Positions 24,263 through 38,502 of a stretch of DNA of 64,000 nucleotides are shown here, in pieces; the stretch's first letter is position 1, and each line of letters starts with the position of its first letter. A program made the position numbers and the translations under genes. The notes under the pieces were generated by a model. It saw nothing but the letters and a program-made list of their open reading frames with translations. It was not told the DNA's origin and searched no databases. Origin of the DNA: Pecten maximus (lineage: Eukaryota); NCBI RefSeq assembly GCF_902652985.1, contig NC_047022.1, positions 30,595,465 through 30,659,464 on the forward strand. The letters run 5' to 3'.

Positions 24263-25056
24263 GCTAGAAGGCAACCGTATTACTATATCAAGTTATTTAC
24301 AATTATCATTTATTTTATGCAAATATGTTATGGGTTTTGTTTTTGTTTTGTTTTTGAAGCACGGACATATATTAGTATGTATATCTAAGTCCGTGGTTGA
24401 AGTAACAAGAAGCAAAATTCCTCACTTAGACTATTATTTGAGATATACATGCATCAAGGTTTTTAATCTGAAGTGAGTGCGTATTGGACAAGTTGTGAAA
24501 AAAAGGCTTCATTTTCCACACAAAGAAACAAATGAGTAAGTCTGTTTTAGACGAAGAAATTTTGGTATACTTAACGTCCTCACTGTATGCTAAGATAATG
24601 AGAACTATAACGTGGAAGTTTGTAATAGAACAACACATAGATTTTGGAAAGTTAGACTAATACAAACAGAATGGAATCTCCTCATTCAAAAATGTTTTGA
24701 TACACACTGTTCAATGATAACTTGTGCTATATTTTTCATGATGCCTTGTTAATCATAATACATATATAATGTATCTAGTAATTTAATTAAGGTCAGGGTG
24801 TAAAGAGGTCGACACAGTAAGATTTTTTTAATTATGAAGTTTTATTAATAAAAGACAAGTTTTGATATTTTTTTAGGATAAATAAAATGGAACAGCTACT
24901 ACAGTTAATACAGTCTATATCCACTTAGAAAATACAGAAGATATTGAATTGTTTCCCTTAAATTATCACATATTTTACAGAAATCTGGACAACGAAAAAA
25001 ATATGTGCTGAGAAAGCGCGGGAATCAGTGGCAAAATCTTCGACGTTGAATTCTTA

Positions 25057-25064
25057 TGACGTCA
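25057..25064. promoter_or_regulatory. CRE palindrome TGACGTCA about 550 bp upstream of the INO80E ATG
   Basis: ..ttcttaTGACGTCAcgcttgacg.. Confidence 0.4.
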
Positions 25065-25608
25065 CGCTTGACGACAATACAGTACCATTCTGAATGGGGT
25101 GTTCAATTCAGTAATATTTCAGGGTTTTCGGTTGTAACATGGAAAGTTGTGTTAACAATGCTGTTATCTAATGATAATACAATTAAAAATTGTTCTATGT
25201 AACGCACATATGCAGCAAAATAACCTCTTATTCTACTCTCGCATCCAATTTGATCAGCACCGAAACAGGGAGGGTTCCGATTTAGGTAACCAACGAAATA
25301 TCTCAATATGATCATATGTTGAATGTTTAAGTTTGAAATTTGCTATAATGATATGTTGCAATCTAGTCAGTGATTGCTTGGTTTTGTGAAATTGCTTTGC
25401 TGTGATTCAATTTTGTGTCTGTGATATGTCTTATTTATATGCCTTTTACCCGAATAAACATAATAATGATAACTAGCAACCTCTCGCTGTCAAGGCAGCT
25501 GGCAGGTTGTACTTCCTCATCAACATGTATCATCATTCTGATTAGCTGGACAAAAACAAAAAAAACTTGTTTACGAAGATGTGTTGGTGATACATTTCAG
25601 ATAATCAA

Positions 25609-25689
25609 ATGCCACAACCAGAACAACATCAAGTGGACTACAAACAAAAATACAAGGCTTTGAAGAAAAAACTTAAGTTTCTTGTTTAT
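25609..25689 (+). CDS. INO80E: INO80E exon 1 (MPQPEQHQVDYKQKYKALKKKLKFLVY)
   Basis: ATG at 25609, anchored to ORF 25415..25663. Donor TAT|gtaagt. Matches human INO80E 'VDYKKKYRNLKRKLKFLIY'. Confidence 0.88.
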
Positions 25690-26125
25690 GTAAGTACATT
25701 GTATACATTTAATTGTTATTTGTGCTTGTGGTGAAAACCATTTCACATTTGGAGATACATTCACTTGATGTTTTCTATAAGGATTTCATTAAATATCATG
25801 TGTACGTACTGTTAGATGGATAGAAAATATGGACTTTCATTGATCACCATGCAGTGACAAGATTTGTTATGTTTTTTTATAGTCTGTTACAAATTGGATT
25901 TGAAAGTTGAGATAATCTGTATCGTCTATCTTTAAATATTATTTGGGTATATCTAAAAAAGTATACTGTATATCCATTTTTTTTTTCCTTATTTCATCTG
26001 TCTTAAATAAATAGCTATTTTTAATATTTGCAAACAAATATTGTTTTTAAAAACATGTCTATAAGTAAGAATTCATTTGTACTTAAATGATTTTTAATTA
26101 ATTCATAATCATGTTTATTTTTCAG

Positions 26126-26196
26126 GAACAAGAATGCTTTCTTGAGGAGCTGAGAAAAGCTCAGAGAAAATTATTGAAGATATCTAGAGATAGAAG
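26126..26196 (+). CDS. INO80E: INO80E exon 2 ([23 protein letters not shown])
   Basis: Acceptor tttttcag|, donor AGAAG|gtaata. Near-identical to '[23 protein letters not shown]'. Confidence 0.9.
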
Positions 26197-26682
26197 GTAA
26201 TACTGCTGTGCTGGGTAAAACTGATGTAAATCATTTAGTGTACCAGATAATACAGGTCCATAATAAATGAATTTGTTCATTTATTTCAGTTACACCAAAA
26301 TTGGATGTTATTGATTAACTTAAATCATGGAAAGGTAAAACATTGAAATATAGTTTTGAAAAAAGTTATAAAGTATCTGGAAATAAATTTGAAATTTGAT
26401 CAAGAAACCTTGTTTATGCATTGCCTGACTCCTGAACAGAGAGGTTAAGGCAAAATATGTTTAAATTTCTTTTGTTGTTAGCTTGAGTGTAGCCATGGTT
26501 GATCTAAAGAATTTAGTTCATCATAAGACAACTATAAGGCATATTTGTTTTCCTTATATTTTCCTCATGACCAAGCTTTGTTATTTTTATATTTCCTCCT
26601 ATCTTACATTTAGTTTCAATTCTATCATATGCCCATCATGGAATGTTATTTGCCAGGTTTTGATGTTTTATGTTGGCTGCAG

Positions 26683-26790
26683 TTTTCTGTTGGACCGACT
26701 CATACAGCATGAGAAAATAGATGAATCTTCAGGGGACTCCGACGCAACAGCCTCAAGTGATAGTGAGGTTGAAAGTCAAAGTTCAAGAAA
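26683..26790 (+). CDS. INO80E: INO80E exon 3 ([36 protein letters not shown])
   Basis: Acceptor gctgcag|, donor AGAAA|gtaaga. Anchored to ORF 26483..26794. Matches '[30 protein letters not shown]'. Confidence 0.9.
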
Positions 26791-26830
26791 GTAAGAACAA
26801 GTAACTTTTTGATACAGTTTCATATTTGAA

Positions 26831-26932
26831 TCAAAAACCTTCCACCTCAAGGTTTTCTGGGGCTGCGGTGGCCGAGAGGTTCAGGTGTCCCGACACTTTA
26901 TCACTAGGCCTCCACCTCTAGGTTTTCTGGCT
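26831..26932 (+). mobile_element. Small tRNA-like insertion (gctgcggtggccgagaggttcaggtgtcc) flanked by 18-bp direct repeats (cctccacctc[at]aggttttctgg), in INO80E intron 3
   Basis: The direct repeats at 26831-26850 and 26913-26932 bracket a ~65-bp tRNA-Ser/Leu-like fragment. Confidence 0.4.
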
Positions 26933-27293
26933 CTGCCGTTTGGACTTAAACCAAGAGTGCAGCACACTAAGATGTCTGATTTACTTTTGATTGGAATAAA
27001 TATTTGATCCCAACACAATTTTCATATTCGAACAATTTGTCTGCAAACCATAAAACCTTAAAGAAATGTTTGGATTTTTAAAAGAAAATGGAAAATCTCA
27101 ACAGAGATGTATTGAATCAAACTATAGTTGAACTGCATGTAGTTTGAATGTTTTTGGTAAGATAAATGTCAGTCACAGCTAGGTTTATGAAAACTGATCT
27201 GCTGGAATGCATGGCCATGTAGATAAAACATGATCCATTCAAAAAACAAAATAGGACATGCACATTATCCTTACATGTCAATTGATTTTGTAG

Positions 27294-27405
27294 AAGGAAA
27301 GCTGGCCTGAGTCCAGGTCAGGGTGCCCAGTATAGTGGGGACCCTGCAGCAATATTAGGGAGCCATGGGACACCAGGAACTCCTTCTGGGGCGTCTAGTC
27401 TGTTG
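27294..27405 (+). CDS. INO80E: INO80E exon 4 (KRKAGLSPGQGAQYSGDPAAILGSHGTPGTPSGASSLL)
   Basis: Acceptor ttgattttgtag|, donor TTG|gtatgt. Phase agrees with exons 3 and 5. Pro/Gly/Ser-rich, like the INO80E middle region. Confidence 0.7.
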
Positions 27406-28044
27406 GTATGTCTTCAGTTTTAATTATCAAGTCATCCTCCTTGTTTCTGATAATTTTTGAGTTTATAGCCATGGAACATTTACTATAATATGTAGTCCCT
27501 ACATAGTAAATTTGCAACAAAGTTATATTGTTATAATGTAGCACAATATGTAATCTTTGCCTAAAAAGCTCTGTCAATAATATACCGACTACATCAGGGC
27601 TGTATGTTTACATTTCCTTAATTATCCATTACTGACATGGTGTTCATTTAGAATAGCCATTTTGACAGCAAAGGATTTCCGTCTTCATTATTATGTTGCA
27701 AGGGCACAAGCGGATGACATTTAGCCTTTAAATCACAATCACACTTCTTTCATGTGAATTCGTTTCATGGCACTGCAAGGCCTGAACAACATATGAGAGG
27801 TTGTCACATTCAGAGCAATTAGGGTAAAGTGTAGTGTCTTGCCCAAAGAAACAACCATATCAGCATGAACCAGTCCATTTCCTAGCTTTCCATTGCTAGA
27901 GAGCGTCAAACCACACACCTCCACTCGAGGTGACATGAATGATACTCTAACCAACTGTGCTATTACAGCCCCTTTAATTTTTTGTTAATATGACATCATT
28001 GTAGTTATGACTGAGTTAACATTAGTTACTATTGGTTGTGATAG

Positions 28045-28111
28045 ATGGCAGCAGAGCCAGCCAAGAAGAAGTCTAAATCAAGCGCAAAGAAAGGAGTGCT
28101 GTCTAAAGGAG
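28045..28111 (+). CDS. INO80E: INO80E exon 5 (MAAEPAKKKSKSSAKKGVLSKG)
   Basis: Acceptor ttgtgatag|, donor GGAG|gtgaga. Phase-consistent basic segment. Confidence 0.65.
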
Positions 28112-28461
28112 GTGAGACACCAGCTTGTGTTGTCCGAGGCTGTATGTGCCAGATCTAGATATCACGTATAATATTTTATAGATTGGCTGATGTGATTATC
28201 TTGAGGTTAGTACTAAGCCTAAGATCTGGGACATGACTTTGTTATTTTCTCAGCTCTGCTGTACAGAAGAAGCAAACATGTTTTGTTGTTTTATTAATCA
28301 AAGGATAAGGTCACTGTATGTAACTCTTTGGATGATAACTTGAGCAATTATTCAACTGCTTTTCCCAACTGCCTTTGAAAAAAATCTTTTGATTGCAATG
28401 GCTGGTGGCTGTAACGACAGACAAGAGTGTGGGGGTAGTAATTAACCATGCATTATTACAG

Positions 28462-28618
28462 GTAAGGTACCTCAAGGTAAGGAGAAAGTAGCAAGTCACA
28501 TGACCAGAGAAGAGCTTGAGCGTCACCTAGAATCACGACAGAATGTGTTTGGTATAGAAAAAGCCCCCATGATGTTGCCAATGGAAATCTTCAGTAATGA
28601 CAACTCAAATCCAGACAG
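28462..28618 (+). CDS. INO80E: INO80E exon 6 (GKVPQGKEKVASHMTREELERHLESRQNVFGIEKAPMMLPMEIFSNDNSNPD)
   Basis: Acceptor cattattacag|, donor GACAG|gtaggt. Phase-consistent. Confidence 0.65.
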
Positions 28619-29237
28619 GTAGGTTACAAAAAAAAGTCAAGGTCATTAAAAGATTGTTTTCAAGTGTTCAAGTACTGAATTAGTTGGTAATGGACACCCA
28701 AACCTCTGGTCCTCTTTGCTCCGCTTAAAGGCCTAATTGAACTTTACCATCTTATGCTATTGCTCATTTATTTGACCATCCATCTTCAATTGTTCCTTCA
28801 AAACACAACTTGTCCAGAAAAGCTAAGCTGATTGTTTCAATTTCTTCTAGGGCATTACTATTTTAAAGATAAGACAATGTGTACTGTTTTATTTTTTGGG
28901 GTCGAACATTTGATATTCTATATATCCTGTTTTGAAGTTAGCCTGTTACATGATAATAATTTCTTGAATAGCTTAGAAGTAGTAGGGGTTTGATACAGAC
29001 CCTGTTGACCTCCTTTATATAGATACCTATTATCATACTGTGTGCTCAGTTTTCATATTCTGGTACATATACAGGAGAAGTAAATTTAAAATTGATGTTC
29101 TTAATAATCATACAGAATTCATAAGTGAAAACTCTGTATTAATGAAAGACTCAATATACAAAATGTGTAAGCCTTGATTTGATGTTAAATTGTTATTTTT
29201 TGATACTTCAAGATATGTTTGGTTGATACATTTTCAG

Positions 29238-29304
29238 TGAATCAGCACTGGAAAACCTGAAAGAAGAAGATGATTGTGATTTAATTGTGGATTCCGGACA
29301 GTGA
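29238..29304 (+). CDS. INO80E: INO80E terminal exon (SESALENLKEEDDCDLIVDSGQ*)
   Basis: Acceptor ttttcag|, stop TGA at 29302-29304. Resembles the human C-terminus 'DDALDGDDDLVIDIPE*'. AATAAA at about 29413. Confidence 0.8.
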
Positions 29305-32300
29305 ATATTAAGTAGTGATTTACAAAGTGAACACGTCACTGTGACAATATCATCATATGGATTGAAAAGTGGTCAGACTTTAGAATCTCACGGAGAATCA
29401 CTGGAGCCAAGTGAATAAAGATTCATAAATGACATGTATTCTATAAAACAAGTTGACCTATCTTAATACTAGTTTGGTTTCATCATTTGATGCCACTGTT
29501 ACATCTGTCTGAAGATCAGGGTCTTTGATGTCGTATTGGAGAAAGTGATGCGAGATTGGCTGTGTGTACTAGTATTGTTTACTTATAAATATGCATTTAA
29601 TTTGTGCTGTGTGATAAATGGAATAGTAAAATTGCAATATGCCGTTTGGCTGCGAGTATATATAGAAAATGTTTTTTTCTTCTTAATTTCATTCTCATGG
29701 ATGGCATACAGCCTTGACTCTAGTACATCTTGTATATGCTTTCCTTGAAAGAAAATCATGCATTTAGCATTTGACAAATTGCATAATGTTGTAAAAAGTG
29801 TTCAGAAGAAATTGTCTAGTTTTGATGGATTGTACGAGGTAATGTAACTGCGAATTAATTTTTTTCATCAGTCATTTATATTCATTTTGTAATTGTCTTG
29901 AACTTTCATGTATAAAGGTTCTGATAAATACATGTAGGTACCGGGTATTGTTCTCAACTCTCAGAAATATTATCTCATGAATTATTTAAAAAGGAATTAC
30001 AGCAAATATCATCAATGGTTACATAAAGTAACTAATATTCCAATGTTTTACATGGAGTGTGTAAGTGGTGTGTTGATTGAAAGGTTGATGTACTGTACAA
30101 CAGATCGTTGTAGGTATGATGTGCCCAGTGTTGTGTATGTACTGTAAGGCATGTTATAACAACTGGTGTAACAATATAAGCGAATCAGTAGTAAAATATA
30201 TTGATGAAAATTACCCTGACATAGTATGCTTTATTTTGTCTGAATGAGTCTTAATTAGGTTACAAAATATATAATGGAACAGCAGATTTCTTTTCTTGAA
30301 AATATTGAAACATTTACAATTCAGTTAGCATCCTAAAGTACAGCTTGTTTTCAAGGCCAGTATAATACAAGAGGCCCAATTGACCTGTTACTGTATCGCT
30401 CATTGGCTACTGATACAAGTTTAAGTATGTCATTGATGTGGTTGCTTTTAAACTGAACACCTCATTTCAATATGAGGGGAAGCAAACTGTATTAATTTCA
30501 ACAAATTTTGTTGCCTTCAACCCAGTATGTTCTTGACCAATATCATTAGCCCAGTTCTTCTGCTAATTGAGACAAAACACCTTTGACCAGAAAGTAAGTT
30601 AAGGTTGCTTATTTAAACAACCTTGCAATTAATAGCCCTTCATCCCAGGATGCTACTGGCCAAATATCATGGGCCACTTTGTTATTGAGAAGTGATTTGA
30701 AAATGTTAACACATTTGACTCCTATGACTTTGAACAACCAACATCAATTACATTAATTGGAAGTTAAGAAAATTGACCCCTATTGTTTTTGAAAACAGGT
30801 CAAGGTCATTTCCATATTTGCAATCTTGGCCTAACTTTATTATGGAAACCTAGTAGCCAACTATCAAGATCTCTGCATTTCTGCTAACGAGACAAAGTCA
30901 TTTAAGTATAAAATTGACACCTTTGAGGATATGGGTCAAATTTTTTGGACTTCATCCCAGAGAGCTATTAAGCCAATATTATGATTCTAAGCCTCATGGC
31001 TCCTTGGAAGTCTTTGGAATGAAAGAGTGTACCAGCTGTATCGGATTGACAGAAGACAGATGCCACACTTTGTCATAGGCTCACTTGTCATTTGTGCAGG
31101 TGATCCAAGAAATCACATTTAGTTGATCTGAACATTACGATTCATCAACTGGTCTATAAACAGATCTTCGATCACATTCAAACTTGTATGTTATTGAATG
31201 CAAATCGGTCACATACATGTGAGATGAAAATTGTTTTTGATAAGCTGCACATCAATTATGTACAGTCATGTAGATGTTATTTCCTCATTAATGTGTTAAT
31301 GAATTGTCTGCATCATTGGAGTAGATAATATTCATGTCATCAAAATGTCTGCTATTAAACAACAGCCTGTCTGGTTTCAATACCAAGTAGTAACTCATCA
31401 GAGGCAATTATTATTAATAACAGGATTAGTGTCATCTATTACAGCCTTTCAGGTAAGAGGTAAAGTATACAGTCCTTTTGTGTAAGTGGTGCAGGGCAGT
31501 GCAAGCTGTGCCAATATTAATAACATGAGTGGTATTGTTGAAAGTGAAAAACAGTTTAAAGTTTATGTGTATTGTATTTAAAAAGAAAAGTGCTGGTTAC
31601 TGGGAGATGGAATGGATAAATTCTTCAAGTCGAGTTTTTTTATGAACTTACAGTGGAAAGTACATAGATGCACTTTATGGTCATGTGTAGAGGATGCGAG
31701 ATGTATGTGATCTTGATCTTTGATTTCGAACATAGGACCAAGACAATAAGATTAAAATCATATCCAAATGATATTACACTCCTGTAGCTGTATAGTGTCG
31801 TTTTCGAAACAGGGGCACAGATCAAGATATGGTTCTAATCAGATTGGGATCAAGAGGATCATGACAGGTGCACAAAATCATGGAAAGATAACAGTTTCTA
31901 TGAAATTTCAAAAACCATCCAGTTGATTTTATGAAAGAGTGACAAGAAAATTTGCAGTTGTACAATTAACAAGGACCAAAGGGGATTTGAAATATCTGTC
32001 CTGTACTGTCAAAGGACTTTTGATATAAATAACTGTTCTTATAATCAAGTGTAGAAGGTGATCAGATGGAAAGCCTATCTGTATCATATAAAGAAGAAAA
32101 TGAAGACTTTTGGAGGAGAAATTATTGGAAAGAACACCAACCCAATTATATGCAAAGTTTTATTGTCCAAAGATTCACAATAATCTAATAATTAACTATG
32201 ATAGTTTTAATTATTTATATGTTTGAAAGAAACATTTTCAATTACTATCAACAACTTGACATATACTCAAAATATGCATTCCTTTTCTTTCATGTCAAAT

Positions 32301-35089
32301 CAGTTTTCATTAAATTGAAATCATTGAACAATTCTGAACATACACAATGAACTTAACTTGAAGCTAACAATAACACTGACATATCAGGGTGGACCTGACC
32401 ATGAACATGTAACCTGTATACGGCTAGAATATGTTGGGAATGGCCAACTACACTTTTTATACGGCAATAAGCCCAGGCCTAGTATCTGGTTATCAGCCTG
32501 CTATTGCTGTTTTGTTAAAATTACCAACAAATTATAATTTCAATTTCTTATCACAATTAAGCCAAACCCTGACCGCATTTGCCCCTGAGCTTATTGCATG
32601 GTAAATATGATCAATTAGAATATATACCGATGATACAGACCCTGTAAAATGACTTGGACTGAATTGTTTCTGACATGAAATAGAATCTTATTGTTTCTAA
32701 CATTAAATAGAATCTTATTGTAAGATTGTCAGACATTTTTATGAAAGATGCAGATATGTTAAAATTGAACCAATAGATGTGATAAGGGAGAGTTACAGTT
32801 ATTTGGAAAACTGATTTTCAAGGAAATTTTAAGCTGCAATGAAAATTGTAGCTAAACTGTGTGGAGATGATGGCAAGAAATTGACTGGATCTTAAGACAC
32901 TGTTTAAAAGTTTGTATGCTCCAGGGCACATGTCTCCATTTGTAGATTTTAACACTTGACCACTGGTTCTAACATACAACATTTGGCAACTGCAAGTAAT
33001 ATACAGAAGTATTATGTCACAGGCAAATCACAAACTTAGGCTTACTGTTAACCATATTTTTTTTTATAAAATGTGGTTCAACATATGATTTTACACCATC
33101 CCACAAGGTACAAGTAGCTGTATTTTTAATGTAGTAATCTGTTGATCTTGGTAACGTTATACATTTTCACACAGCTACATATTTTCAAATTGACACTTTT
33201 GGACATGACAGTTTTTTTATAGACTCGGATTTGAACCATATTTATATGGCACACAAGAGAAATTACAGGACAAAGAATTCCATGCAAAAATTATTATGAA
33301 ATTCACAAAAAGTATTTCTTGGATAAAACAAATGCCACACTAGTACTGCAGTTCAATAACTGGGACATTAACTTCTGCACTGAAACAGCAATACTTCTTA
33401 GCCATATAACAATTAAGATTAACTCAAGAACGCAAGATAACAATTTAATTATATTATCTCAATTTCATACGGCATAGGAATGGATTTTAGAAAATTTACA
33501 CTGAATTGGTGTAACTAACATTGTGAGGAAACTCGCATTAATTACTGGTCAATTGCAATTGGTTTTAAAACTATTCTTAGAAGTTTATTTTTATTTATGG
33601 TTTTAAGAATGCATTATCATTATTAGTTTTTCAAAAAGTTTCTACTCTATATGCTACTAAGGATTTTACATTGAAAGTATGAATTAGTAGGACACACAGA
33701 AGTGTGAAACAATTCAAATTTTTGAAGTTTTTTTTTAATTGTGAAAATTATATAATTCCTGACTGAATCTTTCTGAGTTCATGGTGACAGGATCTTCCAA
33801 CAGACAGCCAGTATTTGTGTGAAGGTACAGAAAGAGAAGAACTTTGGAACTGTTGAATATCGACACAAAAGTCTTACCAGTCATGCACCAAGAGCTTGAC
33901 AGATTACATGAACACTTGAAAATGTCTGTACCACATAACCTATCAACACTTTGGGGGGAATCACACCTTCTCCCTCGCCACATTGTTTCAAATTTCCAAC
34001 CCAGATATATAGGCTAATCCAGTTCATTTTTATGCTAGTTGCTACAAACCGTCACTCTTCAGGACAACTGCATATTTGTTCTAGGTCTAAAACACAAAAT
34101 TGAATTATCATTTTAAGATTACTTATTCAGGAAGTCTAAGCTGAGTAGAAGACATTTCACGTTTCTGAACTTTAAGGGTCTAGTGGAAATCCATTTTCTT
34201 ACAAAAAAACCCCCAAAAATCAAGAACATAATTTAATAGATTTTGAATTTACACTTCTGTAAATCAAAATCAATGTAGAAGAATTTTATGACATTTAAAG
34301 TTTTAAAGTCATTGTGAGCTTAAAGATGGACTTGGGAACTATAAAACTTTTAAAATAATTACGTGCCTGTAGATAAAATAGATGAAATTTAACAAAATCA
34401 AAAAACATTTCAAAATTAGAAGAAAAGGACACGAAATATAATTTGACTATGTACACAACTTCGATCGTAAAACTCCTGTCAGAAAAACTTTTAAGTGAAA
34501 TACCATTATCCTACCACTATCGATATTTATTTACGTGTAACTCTTACTTTGCAAAACTTCTTCATAACCTAATTTGTGATGGATAAAAGGAAGAGCAAAA
34601 GGTAACACTATTCTACTAAATGGCTTGGACGATTTCATAGCAATAGAATAAGAAGAATTAAATAATTTATTGTATGATGTAGACTTCTCCTCCCTCTATT
34701 GAGATGCTATGGTGTAGTAACGAGGAGATGCTATGGTGTAGTACGAGATCTATGATAAATAAATAATGCCTAAATAAAATGTAATAACATACATGTCCAT
34801 GTAAGGTACTTTTCACATGGTTTTTCAGCACATCATCAGTATTTAAATATTGGATCATGGAATATCTAAGACATTTCTTCATTGAAATTATATCAATGAC
34901 ACACAAACCTTGACATGCAAAATGTATGTATTACTACACAAAAGATGAGGACATTTAGACAACTTAATATGAACTTGATGCACTTTAAATGTCTTTGATA
35001 TTCCATGATCAGAAGTTTAAACATATTATAAATATATGAGTTTATAACAACAAATGGAAGATTTTGAATGATGGGTACAAGATGGTCTA

Positions 35090-35839
35090 TCAGCAAGGTT
35101 TTTGTCGTTTGGCATCTGGTTCGCCACAAGCATCACCCTTATTGACTATTGACATGGGTTGCACTATCTGTGATGCATCATAATTGTCAAGAACTTTGAA
35201 TGTGTTTTCCACAGGTGTCAGTGTAACATCTGAGGGGTACTCTATACACACCACTAGAGGGTTGTTTTTTGGGTCCGTTTTTCCATCAGATTCCCCTGCC
35301 ACACAGTACGAGTACCCTTCCCCACCAAGTTGGAAGCTCAGATTTCCACGTTGAGTGCTATCTAAATTTGACAAAATGCTGTCATGGAGGGCTTTACTGA
35401 CATCACTATGACTATCTGACATTGCAGTATCCTCAACATTCCCCTGTAGAGATGATTCCTCGCCTGTGTCCATCACTGCCCTTGGGCTTTCGGCTTCGTT
35501 GTCGGGATCTAAGTCACTTGGTTTGGCTGGGTCATCCAATTCATCGGCTGTTGGATCAGAGTCTTGGTCTTGATTACATTCGATAATATATCGCTGTATG
35601 TTGCAGTTGGTCTTGGGTGAGGGTTTGAGCTGTCCATCCATCACAACATTTGAAAGCAGTGTCTGTGGTTTGTACTCGCGCTTGATTACGAGTAGTTGTT
35701 GGTGGAGTAGATCCCGATGCTGAGTTTCCATGTTCTTTAATAGTGTTTCGATGTTACGGTCCAGTGGAACGCTGACCTGCTCCAGTAGCTCTTCTTCTCG
35801 CTTCTGGTAAGAAAGTACTTCTTTTCCAAGGGTCTCCAC
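35090..35839 (-). CDS. C2H2-ZnF/coiled-coil gene, terminal exon (VETLGKEVLSYQKREEELLEQ...acidic Ser/Asp-rich tail...KRQKPC*)
   Basis: Acceptor tattcatag|. Long ORF 35090..35839 from the track. Coiled-coil region followed by an acidic low-complexity tail. Confidence 0.8.
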   Translation of the reverse strand: METLGKEVLSYQKREEELLEQVSVPLDRNIETLLKNMETQHRDLLHQQLLVIKREYKPQTLLSNVVMDGQLKPSPKTNCNIQRYIIECNQDQDSDPTADELDDPAKPSDLDPDNEAESPRAVMDTGEESSLQGNVEDTAMSDSHSDVSKALHDSILSNLDSTQRGNLSFQLGGEGYSYCVAGESDGKTDPKNNPLVVCIEYPSDVTLTPVENTFKVLDNYDASQIVQPMSIVNKGDACGEPDAKRQKPC

Positions 35840-38349
35840 CTATGAATATAAAAAAATACTTTAAAACTAAATATACAAATGCAATCAATGATTGCGAAAG
35901 CTCACCAGCGGCAACAATCACTATGAACTCATTCTTTATGCATGTATAAGCATGTCATTTTGAAATTGTATGTCACATACTATCGCTCCTAGACCTCTTA
36001 TTGACTTATAAACCAAATAAGAAGGGTGTGGACTTACAAGCTTTTCAAAACTAACCCCAAAATGTTTAAAGCGGGTTTCAGTGCCAAAAAAGTTAAGTCC
36101 CCAAAACGGTAATTTGTATAATGCGAAAAAAATCACAATTTTTTTCTGCATGATTTTGCCATAACATCACTCCTAGACCTCTAATGCATGTATAAACCAA
36201 ATAAAAAACGGTTGAGGTGTACACTTTTGGACTTACAAGCTTTCAAAAAACTTACCCCCAAAACTTTAAAGTGGGGTGCCTATGCCGGGGGTACAGCATT
36301 AGCTCACTGTTACTCGTAACTGGTGAGCTAATAATACTACTTCGGAGTACTTCTATTGTCAAACTACATCATATATATATATGTACATATCAACTCCATC
36401 GTTAAACAAGATATTAAAGGGACAATTTAGTCAAGTTTGTTTACTTTTTTATCATTTCACAAATTATTTCATGAAAGTGTACTTCAGTTCTCCTTATGAA
36501 CTATCCTTGGTCATATATTGATACAAGTTTATGTTTTCAATGCGTTTTTTAATTAATTGTAAGGGGGATCATAATTGTATAACCATACGATTTATATGCA
36601 AATGAGCAAGTCGTCTCTACACACTTTGTATACATGTGTGCAAGCACAGTCCCGTCTCGTGACTGTAAACAACATTGGTTTGCATTTGAAGCTGTTAGCG
36701 GATATTTTAACTACATTATACATAGGTTGCGGGTCTCGTACCAAACGTAGACAGTGAATGGATAAACAAAATATATGGAGAATTACTGTTAGGACATGAA
36801 TATAACAGATGTGAGTTTTTCGAACGGTTGCGACAACAATGAAGAAGTTAATACAGTTGCGAGCGAGTTTGCCGAGACTTGACCTAGAGCAGCCTACGGA
36901 GTAATGTTGAGGTGCGATATTTTTGTTCTGTACAACTTTCATCATCATAATTCCATTCGTACTTGTTATAAGTATTGTTATGATTACATCATGGATGAAA
37001 TAAATCACCTAGGTGGATGTTAGCGTTTGTTTGCATTCGTACACAAATGAAAATGCAATCTTCTTCTGCATTTGTATCGGCCATATACATACATGTGTGT
37101 ACACAATTACATGAACACGAATTCCCGTTTGGTGACCCTGGAATAAACCTGTGTTTGGTCGATTTGAATTGTCAAAACAATAAATCATCATTGAATCTAT
37201 CAATTATGATACATGTTACAACTGTATGCCACACATGTTGTTAAATCGAAATCCAAAGAAATAAGTACATTTTTTTGTATACGTGAGATCTACCGTGTCG
37301 TCACTCACAACCAACTCTCTTGAATTAAATTATTATTTCTTATTTTTTTAACTGATGAAGATGAGGCATTTACTGTTGGTTGATCATTTTATTCTCAATG
37401 CCATTTACTTATTAGTCATTTGAGCTGTACATACAGAACTTCATTCACCCTTTAGGAAATGCAGGATTGCATGCAAAAACTCTTACCTAATTTTGAACTA
37501 ATAAATATCAGTAAACTATTTGAGACCTACATTCTCTTGCATGTTCCAATAGTATGCAGTTCTTAAAGTGTGACAATGACTCACTGTCTTGATGAGTGAC
37601 ATCTATTTTATGTAAATTAGTTATTCTTGTTCATTAAATTTTGAACGTGAATAACAGAAAAGATTTCCAACAGGAGTTTCAATTAAGGAAAAATGTGAGA
37701 GAAAAAAATAACATCTTCAGGATGCATAAAACAATTCTTAATTCTTGGAAGGAAATTCTTCTGTCCACACCGTGTTGAAATAAGACAGTTCTCTTTGATT
37801 GGAGAATCAATGATATTTATGTAGTACCTTCAATTGATCATTCTTGACCACATCCTCAAAGTAGGGAAATATTCTATGAACCCACATTTTAATATATAAA
37901 ATGTTTATATTCTGTACAGTTGTTCAATAATGTATTATCAATCAACTAACTTTTGCTTTCTTGTCTGGTAGCAGGGACTGAAACAGGGATGCCTGCTTTA
38001 CAAGTAAGACATAAGTGAAGTATGTAAATTATGTATTGTTTGTGTCCCCTAACTGTACTTTTAATACTTCATAAGTACTTCAATATCTGTCCTCAAACTG
38101 TGTAACCAACTTTTCAATTCTCAACTTCTCAATATCCTTGCTTCAATATAATATACTTTAAATTGTAAATCACCTAAATTCCTATGTTGATATTAACTTT
38201 GTTGATTCATAGAAAAACCAGAATGTGTCAGAATGCCTTCATAGGATTCCAAAGAGGAGGGCATAAAAACTCTGCAAAGCAACATGTTTTTAACCTGCAT
38301 GGTGACATTAAATCTATGATTACTTCCACCAATGAATTTTTCTACAAAC

Positions 38350-38502
38350 CTGTGACTTTAGAGACAGAATTTCTGTTCTCAGTATACGTTCCGTCTCATC
38401 TTTCTCTGCCTCCAGCTGTTGATATTTTTGCTGCAGCTCCTCTAATTTGTTGGCAGCATTTTGATGGTTAGGCTGCTCCTTTTCCTCAACCATTCTCACA
38501 TC
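38350..38502 (-). CDS. C2H2-ZnF/coiled-coil gene, exon 6 (DVRMVEEKEQPNHQNAANKLEELQQKYQQLEAEKDETERILRTEILSLKSQ)
   Basis: Acceptor ggttgtag|, donor CACAG|gtttgt. Heptad-like coiled-coil composition. Confidence 0.75.

Noticed and set aside
36592-37008. 138-aa minus-strand ORF
   Set aside because: It lies inside an intron of the ZnF gene. It has hydrophobic low-complexity composition and no recognisable domain or splice context.
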